Source of the DNA: an uncultured Lachnospiraceae bacterium
Lineage (GTDB): Bacteria > Bacillota > Clostridia > Oscillospirales > CAG-272
DNA: 39,128 bases
NCBI GenBank assembly: GCA_964579105.1
Contig: CAZOFQ010000003.1
Location: forward strand, 1 to 39,128
Reading direction: 5' to 3'
Shown: in pieces, positions 1 to 8,230 of the stretch
Position numbering within the stretch: position 1 is the stretch's first letter
Layout of the letters: each line of letters begins with the position of its first letter
Notes under the pieces: generated by a model
Told to the model about the DNA's origin: nothing
What the model saw: the letters and a program-made list of their open reading frames with translations, nothing else
Database searches by the model: none
Made by a program: the position numbers and the translations under genes

Positions 1-1178
1 CATATGCCATGCTTGCCGTCAGATTCGGCTCGGTGGACGATTTGGATGAAGGCGGAAAAGAGCGATATCCTTGTGGCGTGGCGCATTTTTTGGAGCACAA
101 GCTGTTCGGTAATGAAGACGGAAGTGATTCCTTTGAACGCTTCTGCGCGTTGGGTGCAGATGCCAACGCATATACGGGGCATTGCCAGACGGTGTATCTC
201 TTTTCCTGTACGGATCGTTTCGGCGAGTGTCTTGCCGAGCTGCTTGATTTTGTGACGCATCCGTATTTTACGGAGGAGTCGGTGCAAAAGGAGCAGGGGA
301 TCATTGCCGAGGAGATCCGCATGTGCCTGGACGACCCCTACGACCGCTGTTACCGAAATATGCTGGACGCGCTTTATCATTATCATCCTGTTAAAAAGGA
401 TATTTGCGGTACGGAGCGCTCCATTTCGCGGATTACCGCACAAACGCTTTACGACGCGTATTTTGAGAACTATACGCCGAGCAATATGGCATTGGTCGTA
501 TGCGGGAACGTGACTCCTGAGGAGGTGGCTGCCGTTGCGGAGGCACACCTTTCGGAGCAGTATACGGAAAAACGAGCCGTGAATGCGAAGGTGAGCGAGC
601 CTGCAAGCGTGAAAAGCTCGCTGATATCCGTAAGCGGGCAGGTCGCAAAGCCTATTTTTGCCCTTGGGATCAAGGACGCTGCTTGCCCTACGGACCGAGG
701 CGAGGCAACGCGACGCGATGCCGCCATGGAGATCCTTGGCGATATGCTGTTTTCGGATACGGGCGAGCTTTACGAGCGTTTGCTGGACAAGGGGCTGATC
801 TCTCCAGAGCTTTCCTGCGGATATACGCTGGCGCGGGACTTTGGCTTTTTTCGCATTTCGGGGGAATCCGACGAGCCGCTGCGTGTGCTGGAGGAGATCA
901 AGGGCTTTGTGGCAAGCGCGATCGAAAAGGGGCTTTCCCGTGAGGATTTCGTCCATTATCAGCGTATTCGCTTTGCGGAATATATCAAAGGCTTTGATTC
1001 TACCGAGGAGATTGCAGAAAACTTTTTGGCATTTTTGTTTGAGGGCGCAGATCTGTTTTCGCATGCAGAGGTGATACAAAGCATCACGTTTGAGGAGGTG
1101 GAGAGGCTGGCAAGCTCGTTTTTTGACCCGTCGCGCTTTGCACTCTCCGTAGTATATCCACAAAATAAGGGAGGTTAA
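1..1178 (+). CDS. M16 (pitrilysin/insulinase) family zinc peptidase, 5' end cut by window edge
   Basis: The frame-3 ORF is open from base 3, so the listed ATG at 9 is probably internal. HFLEH (the HxxEH zinc motif of M16 peptidases) lies about 26 aa into the visible part, with IAEEIR glutamates downstream. TAA stop at 1176-1178. Confidence 0.85.
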   Translation, partial: YAMLAVRFGSVDDLDEGGKERYPCGVAHFLEHKLFGNEDGSDSFERFCALGADANAYTGHCQTVYLFSCTDRFGECLAELLDFVTHPYFTEESVQKEQGIIAEEIRMCLDDPYDRCYRNMLDALYHYHPVKKDICGTERSISRITAQTLYDAYFENYTPSNMALVVCGNVTPEEVAAVAEAHLSEQYTEKRAVNAKVSEPASVKSSLISVSGQVAKPIFALGIKDAACPTDRGEATRRDAAMEILGDMLFSDTGELYERLLDKGLISPELSCGYTLARDFGFFRISGESDEPLRVLEEIKGFVASAIEKGLSREDFVHYQRIRFAEYIKGFDSTEEIAENFLAFLFEGADLFSHAEVIQSITFEEVERLASSFFDPSRFALSVVYPQNKGG

Positions 1179-1182
1179 TTTT

Positions 1183-2181
1183 ATGACGAAGGTTACAATA
1201 TCCTTTCCAGGCATCGGCATCGGTGAATTTACCGTAGATAAGATCGCCTTTTCCATCGGAAGCCTGGATATCCGTTGGTACGGGATCATCCTGACCCTTG
1301 GAATCGTTGCGGGCGTGCTGTATACCATGTATCGCTCGAGGCACGAGGGGATCCCCTCCGAGGACGTGCTGGATTTCACGCTTTGGACGGTGCTGCTTGC
1401 CATTATCGGTGCCAGACTCTATTACGTGCTCACAACACTGAAGGATTCCTCGGGAAACTGGAATTATCATAGCTTTGTTGATGTGATCGCCGTATGGGAG
1501 GGCGGAATTGCGCTGTACGGCTCCTTGATCGGCGGCGCACTCGGCATTTTTATTGCCAGCCGCTTTAAAAAATACGATAAGACAAAATTATTGAAGTTCT
1601 GCGACATGGTGGCTCCGGGTGTGATGCTGGGGCAGATCATCGGACGTTGGGGCAACTTTATCAACGGCGAGGCACACGGCGTGGAAACGGCGGAGAACTT
1701 TTTTCTCCGCATGGGTCTTATGGGGGCGGCGGATTGCAAGTATCCCAACAAAATGACCTATTATCACCCCACCTTTTTGTATGAATCCCTGTGGAATCTC
1801 GTGGGGTTTGTGTTGATCAATCTTTTGTATAAGAAAAAGAAGTTTGACGGTCAGATCCTTTTGATGTATCTTGCGTGGTACGGGCTTGGACGTATGTTTA
1901 TCGAGGGCTTGCGCACCGACAGCCTTTACGTTGGAGTGTTCCGCATTTCGCAGGTCGTTGGCTTTTTGTGCTTTGTTATCTGCACGACGTTGCTTGTGTA
2001 TTTGCTGGTACGCGAGAGAAGAAGGGAAAAGGACGCGACGGAGTATGTGCCCGCTTATGAAAAATCCCGTGGGCTTGGCATTGGATTCCGTAAAAACGAA
2101 AGCAGCGTACAAGAGCAGGACGAGAGCTGTGTATCACAGCATGAAGATAATCAAGAGAAGGAAAAGGGGGGTGACTTATGA
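1183..2181 (+). CDS. lgt: prolipoprotein diacylglyceryl transferase
   Basis: Polytopic 332-aa protein with Lgt hallmarks ([28 protein letters not shown]). AAGGGAGG RBS at 1167-1174, 4 nt after the M16 stop. A roughly 55-aa charged C-terminal tail extends beyond the usual Lgt core. Its TGA overlaps the folD ATG (ATGA). Confidence 0.9.
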   Translation: MTKVTISFPGIGIGEFTVDKIAFSIGSLDIRWYGIILTLGIVAGVLYTMYRSRHEGIPSEDVLDFTLWTVLLAIIGARLYYVLTTLKDSSGNWNYHSFVDVIAVWEGGIALYGSLIGGALGIFIASRFKKYDKTKLLKFCDMVAPGVMLGQIIGRWGNFINGEAHGVETAENFFLRMGLMGAADCKYPNKMTYYHPTFLYESLWNLVGFVLINLLYKKKKFDGQILLMYLAWYGLGRMFIEGLRTDSLYVGVFRISQVVGFLCFVICTTLLVYLLVRERRREKDATEYVPAYEKSRGLGIGFRKNESSVQEQDESCVSQHEDNQEKEKGGDL

Positions 2182-3023
2182 ATATTATCGACGGAAAAAG
2201 CATCTCTGCCGCCATTCGTGCGGAGATCGCGCAGGAGGTAAAGGAGCTGAAGACACAGAAGGGGCTTGTACCCGGTCTTGCCGTGATCATTGTGGGCGAG
2301 GACCCTGCCTCCAAGGTGTATGTGCGTAACAAGCATCGCGCCTGCGAGGAGGTTGGCTTTGCTTCCTTTGGTTATGAATTGCCCGCCGAGACCACCGAGG
2401 AGGAATTGCTCGCTCTCGTGGATCGGCTCAACCGCGACAACGCCGTGCACGGCATTCTTGTTCAGTTGCCCTTGCCGAGGCATTTGGATGAGGAGAAGAT
2501 CCTGCTTGCGATCGATCCCGCAAAGGACGTGGACGCTTTTCACCCCTATAACGTTGGAAAGATCATGATCGGCAATTATGATTTTCTGCCCTGCACGCCT
2601 GCGGGTGTGATGGAGCTGCTTCGCCGCAGCAATATCGAGATTGCGGGCAAGGAATGCGTGATCGTGGGGCGCTCCAATATCGTAGGTAAGCCACAGGCAA
2701 TGCTTCTTTTGCAGGCAAACGGCACGGTGACCGTGTGCCACAGCCGTACCAAGGATCTGCGCGAGGTCTGCCGCCGCGCGGATATTCTGGTTGCCGCCAT
2801 CGGGAAGCCCGAATTCTTTGACGCCTCTTACGTCAAAGAGGGCGCTGTGGTCATTGACGTGGGAATCAATCGCCGTGCGGACGGAAGGCTGTGCGGAGAC
2901 GTTTGCTTTGAGGACGTAGCGCCGCACACCTCGTATATTACGCCCGTTCCGGGTGGGGTGGGTCCCATGACCATTGCAATGCTGATGAAAAACACCTTGA
3001 CTGCCGCCCGAAAAAAAGCATAA
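2178..3023 (+). CDS. folD: bifunctional 5,10-methylenetetrahydrofolate dehydrogenase/cyclohydrolase
   Basis: 281 aa. FolD-typical blocks: N-terminal [46 protein letters not shown]-rich RBS at 2163-2170. Confidence 0.93.
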   Translation: MNIIDGKSISAAIRAEIAQEVKELKTQKGLVPGLAVIIVGEDPASKVYVRNKHRACEEVGFASFGYELPAETTEEELLALVDRLNRDNAVHGILVQLPLPRHLDEEKILLAIDPAKDVDAFHPYNVGKIMIGNYDFLPCTPAGVMELLRRSNIEIAGKECVIVGRSNIVGKPQAMLLLQANGTVTVCHSRTKDLREVCRRADILVAAIGKPEFFDASYVKEGAVVIDVGINRRADGRLCGDVCFEDVAPHTSYITPVPGGVGPMTIAMLMKNTLTAARKKA

Positions 3024-3063
3024 AAAAAGCCCGAGGAAGCTGTACAGCTTCCTCGGGCTTTTC
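3022..3063. terminator. bidirectional intrinsic terminator between folD (+) and the convergent membrane-protein gene (-)
   Basis: Perfect palindrome GCCCGAGGAAGCTGTACAGCTTCCTCGGGC (3029-3058), flanked by an A-run (3022-3028) and a T-run (3059-3062). Confidence 0.75.
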
Positions 3064-3744
3064 TTACTTTTCAAAAAGGGCTCTGAGTGGCAGGGCGTCC
3101 TTTAGCTCCAAATGCCGATCGATCCATTTGGAAACGCAATTGATGCTGACGCCGTTGATGACTGTACAAATGACAGTGCCCCAGCCGATTCCAACAATGG
3201 TGCGGAAGAAAACAAGCGAGAGAAGAACGGAAAGCGCGAGACTGGAATAATCATAAACCGTTTTCACCACGCCGATATTGAAGCGAAATCTTTGCGCGAC
3301 CTCCTTGACGAACAGCTCATAAACCTCGGAGGAAATGTAGGTGTGCCACATAAAGGCAATGCCGATAGAGCACAGCACCATGCCACCTGCAAAGAACAGG
3401 ATGCGGGGGAGCATGGCGTCCATCGGAACGTTTCGCAAAAGGAAGGTGGAGGCATCCAGCATAAGCCCGAAGATGACTGCTGTCACGAAGGAGAACAGAT
3501 AGGAAAGCTTGAAGCGGCGAAGGATCAGGACCATCAGTAAAAGCAGAGCTGCTTCGAAAAGATAGGAGCAGCTTCCGAAGGTGAAGAAGGGGTGGTACTG
3601 CGATAGCTTGCAGTGCAGGATATAGGAGGGTGCTACGATCATGGATAGACCGAAGTCGGCTTTTGCCATCATTGCACCCGCAAAGGCGGGCAGGAGGATG
3701 CCCAGCACGTAGCACACTTCTGTGTAAAAGGGAATCTTTTTCAT
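3064..3744 (-). CDS. polytopic membrane protein of unknown function (resembles the YczE/DUF6198-type family from memory)
   Basis: 226 aa with about 6 hydrophobic spans. AGAGG RBS 6 nt upstream of the ATG (3742-3744). Convergent with folD and shares its terminator. The family assignment is tentative. Confidence 0.7.
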   Translation of the reverse strand: MKKIPFYTEVCYVLGILLPAFAGAMMAKADFGLSMIVAPSYILHCKLSQYHPFFTFGSCSYLFEAALLLLMVLILRRFKLSYLFSFVTAVIFGLMLDASTFLLRNVPMDAMLPRILFFAGGMVLCSIGIAFMWHTYISSEVYELFVKEVAQRFRFNIGVVKTVYDYSSLALSVLLSLVFFRTIVGIGWGTVICTVINGVSINCVSKWIDRHLELKDALPLRALFEK

Positions 3745-3812
3745 AAGGACCTCTTAAAAACCAATCATAAGCATTATTATAAAACGAAATTTCGCTGAAG
3801 TCAATATAAAAC

Positions 3813-3842
3813 TTGCAAGAGTCAAGAAAAATGTGATAAAAT
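3813..3842 (+). promoter_or_regulatory. putative sigma-A promoter of the DUF1653 gene
   Basis: TTGCAA (3813-3818), 18-nt spacer, extended -10 TGaTAAAAT (3834-3842). Confidence 0.45.
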
Positions 3843-3867
3843 AAAAGAAAAAAGCGAGGAATCTAAG

Positions 3868-4083
3868 ATGCAGGAGATCAGGCTTGGAAAATACCGCCAT
3901 TTTAAAGGAATGGAGTATGAGGTCATTGGCGTTGCAAGGCATTCGGAAACGCTGGAGGATATGGTCGTTTACCGTGCCTTGTACGGCGATCGTTCGCTAT
4001 GGGTGCGCCCTGCGAGCATGTGGCAGGAGCTTGTCACGCGTGACGGCGTAACCGCGCAGCGCTTTACTTATATCGGAAAATAG
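3868..4083 (+). CDS. DUF1653 domain protein
   Basis: 71 aa. The YRHFKG..YEVIGVARHSETLEDMVVYRALYGD..LWVRP pattern matches the DUF1653 signature as I remember it. GCGAGGA RBS 7 nt upstream. Confidence 0.8.
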   Translation: MQEIRLGKYRHFKGMEYEVIGVARHSETLEDMVVYRALYGDRSLWVRPASMWQELVTRDGVTAQRFTYIGK

Positions 4084-4123
4084 ACGTTTTGCCTTAACCA
4101 CTTTTTTCCGCCACGGTCTTGTT

Positions 4124-4152
4124 GAATAATGCCGTAATGCCGCGGCAAATAC
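4124..4152 (+). promoter_or_regulatory. candidate forespore-type (sigma-F/sigma-G) promoter of sigG
   Basis: GAATA, 15 nt, GGCAAATAC. The remembered B. subtilis sigma-F consensus is GCATR-15-GGHRARHTX. This scores 4/5 at -35 and 7/8 at -10. The position would leave a ~20-nt leader before the RBS at 4170. Confidence 0.35.
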
Positions 4153-4181
4153 TGTTTTTAGTGAAAAGCAGGAGGCCGTGG

Positions 4182-4955
4182 ATGTATTATAACAAGGTGG
4201 AAATTTGCGGTGTTAACACATCAAAATTGAAAACGCTCTCGGATGAGGAAAAAAGAGAGCTGCTGAAGCGCGCTCAAGCGGGGGATTCTGCCGCGCGGGA
4301 CGAGCTGATCTACGGTAATCTCCGTTTGGTGCTCAGCATCATTCAGCGCTTTTCTGGAAGAAAGGAAAATGCCGACGACCTTTTTCAGGTGGGTTGCATC
4401 GGTCTTGTCAAGGCAGTGGACAATTTTAAGCTGGAGCTGGATGTGAAGTTTTCCACTTACGCCGTTCCTATGATCATCGGGGAGATCCGCCGCTATTTGA
4501 GGGACAACAACTCTATTCGTATCAGCCGTTCCGTGCGCGATCTTGCCTATCGCGCGTTGCAAATGCGCGAGGAGCTGACGAGGGAACGGGAGTGCGAGCC
4601 GAGCGTAGAGGAGATCGCCAAAAAATTGGGGGAGGCAAGGGAGTCGGTCGTGCATGCGATGGAGGCGATCGTTGAGCCGATCTCACTTTATGAGCCTGTT
4701 TACAGCGAAAACGGAGACTCGATCTATGTGATGGATCAGCTGAGCGATACCTCCGCCGAGGATGAGCATTGGGTGGAAAATATTGCCTTGCGCGATGCAA
4801 TGAACAAGCTTTCCGAGCGCGAAAGAAGGATCATAGAGCTGCGCTTTTTTGCCAACAAAACGCAAATGGAGATCGCCAAAAGCATCGGGATCTCGCAAGC
4901 GCAGGTCTCGCGACTTGAAAAGGGTGCGCTCGCCCGCATGAGAAGTCAGATATAA
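4182..4955 (+). CDS. sigG: sporulation sigma factor SigG
   Basis: Collinear with B. subtilis SigG from memory: N-terminal NKVEICGV.TSKL, NLRLVLS.IQRF, DDLFQVGCIGL.K..DNF, VKFSTYAVPMIIGEIRRYLRDNN, KTQMEIA..IGISQAQVSRLEK. I start at ATG 4182 (AGGAGG at 4170-4175) rather than the listed 4119. Confidence 0.9.
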   Translation: MYYNKVEICGVNTSKLKTLSDEEKRELLKRAQAGDSAARDELIYGNLRLVLSIIQRFSGRKENADDLFQVGCIGLVKAVDNFKLELDVKFSTYAVPMIIGEIRRYLRDNNSIRISRSVRDLAYRALQMREELTRERECEPSVEEIAKKLGEARESVVHAMEAIVEPISLYEPVYSENGDSIYVMDQLSDTSAEDEHWVENIALRDAMNKLSERERRIIELRFFANKTQMEIAKSIGISQAQVSRLEKGALARMRSQI

Positions 4956-4991
4956 AAAGCCCTGCGCGGTGTATCCGCGCAGGGCTTTTTT
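4955..4991. terminator. bidirectional intrinsic terminator (sigG / ABC operon)
   Basis: Stem GCCCTGCGCGG (4959-4969) pairs with CCGCGCAGGGC (4975-4985), 5-nt loop, T-run 4986-4991, A-run upstream. Confidence 0.8.
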
Positions 4992-5006
4992 ACAATAGTT
5001 GTCCGA

Positions 5007-5612
5007 TTATTGGATTTCCCTCAGTACGTTGACGGGAGTGCCCTCAAGCAAAAGAATTTTTGCTTCAAGCGCCATGGCTTCCTCTATGCTGTGTGTGACC
5101 ACCAGCGTAAGCCCTTGGGGATTTGCATTTTTAACAAGCGGAAGAATACGCTCCTTCAGCGCTGTGTCCAGTGCGGAAAAGGGCTCGTCCAAAAGCAGAA
5201 GATCTCCGCCGTAAGCCAGTGCGCGCGCAAGGGAAACACGCTGCTTCATACCCCCTGAAAGCGTGTCGGGCAAGGCATCTGCCACATCCGAAAGCTCCAA
5301 GGCTTGTAAAAGGTCATGGACGCGATCGTGTGTGCTCTCGTCGGCAGAAAGGACGAAACGGATGTTTTCTTCACAAGTGAGCCACGGAACGAGGCGCGGC
5401 TCTTGAAAGGAAACCGCGATTTTTTTACAGTCGGTTTTGATTTTTCCGTGAGTTGGGGCTTCTAAGCCCGCAAGCAGACGCAGCAGAGTGGTTTTGCCGA
5501 GCCCCGAGGGTGCCATCAAGGCAACGATGCCTGTTTTCGCGAAGCTGTACGAAAGATTTTCTAGCACGGTGTGCTCACCGTAACGGTGCGTTAGGCCTTG
5601 CAGCTCTGTCAC
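5007..5612 (-). CDS. ABC transporter ATP-binding protein (NitT/TauT-type importer), short 201-aa NBD
   Basis: Walker A APSGLGKTT, Q-loop FQEP, signature LSGGMKQR, Walker B LLLLDEP, H-loop VTHS. I start at GTG 5610-5612 (GGAGG upstream), which overlaps the permease stop as GTGA. The listed 5729 start would run 117 nt into the permease gene. Confidence 0.85.
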   Translation of the reverse strand: MTELQGLTHRYGEHTVLENLSYSFAKTGIVALMAPSGLGKTTLLRLLAGLEAPTHGKIKTDCKKIAVSFQEPRLVPWLTCEENIRFVLSADESTHDRVHDLLQALELSDVADALPDTLSGGMKQRVSLARALAYGGDLLLLDEPFSALDTALKERILPLVKNANPQGLTLVVTHSIEEAMALEAKILLLEGTPVNVLREIQ

Positions 5613-6400
5613 GCTGCCACCTCCTTTTGTTCTGCTTTTGAGGTCGGTGTTGCTCCCTTGGCTCTCCCCAAAAGGGCAAGCACGCCGCGCTCGATGAGTA
5701 TGCTGATAAGAATAACAACGGCGGTCCATGCAAACATCTCCTCGGTCATTAGGTAAAGCTTACCCTCAAAGATGGCACGGCCGATGGAGTGATCGGGCGT
5801 GCAAAGCACCTCGGCGGCGATTCCCGCCTTCCATGCAAGTGAGATAGCGGAACGTGCGGCTGCTAGGAAGTAAGACCTCAGTGAGGGGAGGCGGATCTGC
5901 ATCAGCACGCGCTTTTTCGGAACCTGAAAGACCCTTGCCATTTCTAGCAGCCTGCGATCGGTTTGCAGCAAGCCCTCGTGTACATTTGCCCATACGATCG
6001 GCAAAGCCATCATAAAGGCGATCAGGAAGGGGATATAGCTGCGCGCCACCCACAGCAAAAGCAAAAAGATAAAGGAGGCGACGGGGGTTGCCTTAAAGAG
6101 TGTCAGTACAGGAGAAAACAGATGCCTTGCAAAAGCGCTTTTTGCGGTGAAAAGTGCAAGCAATACCCCTGCAAGAAGGGCGGCGAGAATGCCCAGCAGA
6201 ATGCGCAACAGCGAGAGCGCAACGGAAAGGTAAAACTCTGTGGTTTTGCAAAGAACAAGCAGAGCTTTCAACGTGTCAAGAGGTGTGGGAAGCACGACGG
6301 GCTTTTTGTAGATCGCCGCGATCAGCCACCAGAGCCCCACCCAAAAGGCAATTGCCAGCCACGGATAGAGGCGCGGCGGTATTTTTAAGGCTTTTTTCAT
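5609..6400 (-). CDS. ABC transporter permease (NitT/TauT/SsuC-like)
   Basis: 263 aa with about 6 TM spans and a BPD-transporter-like loop (EAAR.. region: FLAAARSAISLAWKAGIAAEV). Its start overlaps the SBP stop by 4 nt (ATGA). Confidence 0.85.
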   Translation of the reverse strand: MKKALKIPPRLYPWLAIAFWVGLWWLIAAIYKKPVVLPTPLDTLKALLVLCKTTEFYLSVALSLLRILLGILAALLAGVLLALFTAKSAFARHLFSPVLTLFKATPVASFIFLLLLWVARSYIPFLIAFMMALPIVWANVHEGLLQTDRRLLEMARVFQVPKKRVLMQIRLPSLRSYFLAAARSAISLAWKAGIAAEVLCTPDHSIGRAIFEGKLYLMTEEMFAWTAVVILISILIERGVLALLGRAKGATPTSKAEQKEVAA

Positions 6401-7365
6401 GCACCGTAAAAGAAGTCATCCGTGGGCACGGCAATGCCAAGTGCCGCAAGGAAGGCGGACATTGCCGTCTTCATTTCAGCACCCGTTACAAAGCAGAGAT
6501 TGCAGTTGGGCAGTGCCTTTTGCGCGACGGGAGCCTTGGCAAAGATTCCCGCGCTTACGATCATTTCCGCAGCAGCTGCGGCATTTTCGGTATTGCTGAC
6601 AAAATCCACGGACGCTTTATATTCCTCAAGGAATTTTTCGACCTCCTTGGGGTTTTCTTCCACAAATGCCTTGCGAGCTACCACGCAGCCCTGCACCAGC
6701 GAGCCTTCGGTGAAGTGCTTATCCCATTCCGTAGTGACGTTCAGTGCCGTTTCAAGCGTAACACCCTCGGCAGCGGCGGATTTGGCGATAGTGACCATCG
6801 GCTCGGGCAAAATGGCATAGTCTACCTCGCCTGCGGCTACCGCAGCTTGCAGATTTGCAGGCTGTGCGTAGGTGGTGCTTTCCAGCGTGTAGCTCTCGAC
6901 GCCTGCCTTTTTAAGTAGCGCATCGGTGATGGCGGCAGGATTTTGTGCGGGGCAGTAGATCGTTTTGCCCGAAAGATCGGCAAGAGAGGTGGGCTTTTCC
7001 ACCTTTGCGGTGTTGACGACCAAATACAGCACACCGCGTGTGTTGAGCGCAAGCAATACGAATTCCCCGGGGCTTTTGACAGCAATGCTTGCCGCGAGAT
7101 TGGTGGGAATTGCTCCGATGTCGGCTTCGCCGCTGATCAGTGCAGCACTGACGTTGGAGGCATCGGTCTCTACCTTAAATTCATAGTTCAAGGTCGCTTC
7201 GCCCTTGCTGTCGGCATCCATCAATTGTGCCATGCCGAAGCCTGTCGTGCCGTTGAGCGCCCACACGCGCACGGCAAGCTCGGTGTCCAGCTTATTGCAG
7301 GCGGTGAGAAGGGGAAGTGCTGCGAGCATTGCGCATACAAGGAACAAAGAGAGTAGTTTTTTCAT
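6397..7365 (-). CDS. ABC transporter substrate-binding lipoprotein (NMT1/THI5-, SsuA/TauA-like fold)
   Basis: 322 aa. Signal peptide with lipobox LLTAC. Size and gene context fit NitT/TauT-family SBPs. The ligand cannot be inferred from sequence. Confidence 0.8.
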   Translation of the reverse strand: MKKLLSLFLVCAMLAALPLLTACNKLDTELAVRVWALNGTTGFGMAQLMDADSKGEATLNYEFKVETDASNVSAALISGEADIGAIPTNLAASIAVKSPGEFVLLALNTRGVLYLVVNTAKVEKPTSLADLSGKTIYCPAQNPAAITDALLKKAGVESYTLESTTYAQPANLQAAVAAGEVDYAILPEPMVTIAKSAAAEGVTLETALNVTTEWDKHFTEGSLVQGCVVARKAFVEENPKEVEKFLEEYKASVDFVSNTENAAAAAEMIVSAGIFAKAPVAQKALPNCNLCFVTGAEMKTAMSAFLAALGIAVPTDDFFYGA

Positions 7366-7390
7366 GGTGAGGTTTCCTTTCTTTTGGGTA

Positions 7391-8053
7391 TTATTGATAT
7401 TTTCGCAGGATCTCGTCCTGTGATATCACATGGATCTCACGCCCGTTGCGGCGGATCAGCCCTTCCTGCTCCAGCTTATCCAAAGCGCGGTAAAGAGATG
7501 CACGACCGATATCGAGTGTGTCCGCAAGCGCGGAAAGTGAGTTGGGCAGCGTGAGTGTTTCGCGCTCCTCTGCGATCAGCCAAAGCGCGAGGCGGCGTTC
7601 CGCACTGCCTGCAGTGAAGCAACGTATTTTTTGATTGAGAAAACGTACGCGTCCCGCAAGAAAAGCAAGAAAAGCATCGAGAAAGCGGGAGTCCTTTTGC
7701 AGCAGCTCTCGTACGGCGCTTGCACTCATGAAAAGGGCGCGGCAATTGCCTAAGGCTTCGATATGCGAGATGGGCGGTGCCTGCTTTAAAAACAGAGATG
7801 CAGCCCCCAATATTTCTCCCCTTGTTGCCGTCCGCAGGATGACGTTTCGCTCTCCATCCGTGGAACGGATCTGCACCCGCCCTTCAAGAATGATGATCAG
7901 CGCTCGTTGCTCGCTTCCTCCGATGCGCTCGCCCGAAGCGGCGGCTTGAACGTAGCAATCGGGTGAAGCCAAGGCTTCTGCCAGCAGTACGACGTCAGCT
8001 TCGGCAAAAAGAGGCGTTTCTTTAAGGAAGGGCAAAATTTCAAATTCCTGCAT
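7391..8053 (-). CDS. Crp/Fnr family transcriptional regulator
   Basis: 220 aa. N-terminal cNMP-binding-like beta-roll (IIILEGRVQI...GEILGAASLF) and C-terminal HTH (SLSALADTLDIGRASLYRALDKLEQEGLI). No FNR-type N-terminal Cys cluster. Only 25 nt separate it from the SBP gene, with no terminator. Confidence 0.85.
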   Translation of the reverse strand: MQEFEILPFLKETPLFAEADVVLLAEALASPDCYVQAAASGERIGGSEQRALIIILEGRVQIRSTDGERNVILRTATRGEILGAASLFLKQAPPISHIEALGNCRALFMSASAVRELLQKDSRFLDAFLAFLAGRVRFLNQKIRCFTAGSAERRLALWLIAEERETLTLPNSLSALADTLDIGRASLYRALDKLEQEGLIRRNGREIHVISQDEILRKYQ

Positions 8054-8065
8054 ACATCCTCCGAC

Positions 8066-8081
8066 TGTCTCAAATGAGACA
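8066..8081. promoter_or_regulatory. perfect 16-bp palindrome TGTCTCAAATGAGACA, candidate Crp-family operator
   Basis: TGTCT-N6-AGACA has the same 5-N6-5 architecture as the CRP site TGTGA-N6-TCACA. It lies immediately downstream of the minus-strand -10 box, over the predicted transcription start of the regulator/ABC operon. Confidence 0.4.
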
Positions 8082-8086
8082 ATTAT

Positions 8087-8114
8087 AGTATAACAATAAA
8101 TACGGAAAAGTCAA
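8087..8114 (-). promoter_or_regulatory. putative sigma-A promoter of the Crp-regulator/ABC operon
   Basis: Read on the minus strand: TTGACT (8109-8114), 16-nt spacer, TATACT (8087-8092). Confidence 0.5.
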
Positions 8115-8173
8115 GTGGAAGCACTGCATTTTTTTAAAAATTCACAGAAAATATAAATTTTGTTTATGCGGGG

Positions 8174-8202
8174 TGGACAAACTAAGAAAATAAGTGTATA
8201 AT
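8174..8202 (+). promoter_or_regulatory. putative sigma-A promoter of galM-nahK
   Basis: TGGACA (8174-8179), 17-nt spacer, TATAAT (8197-8202). The -10 box contains the first ATG (8201) of the listed ORF, which argues for the downstream start at 8231. Confidence 0.55.
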
Positions 8203-8230
8203 GTCAAAGGAAATAAAACAAGAGAGAGTT

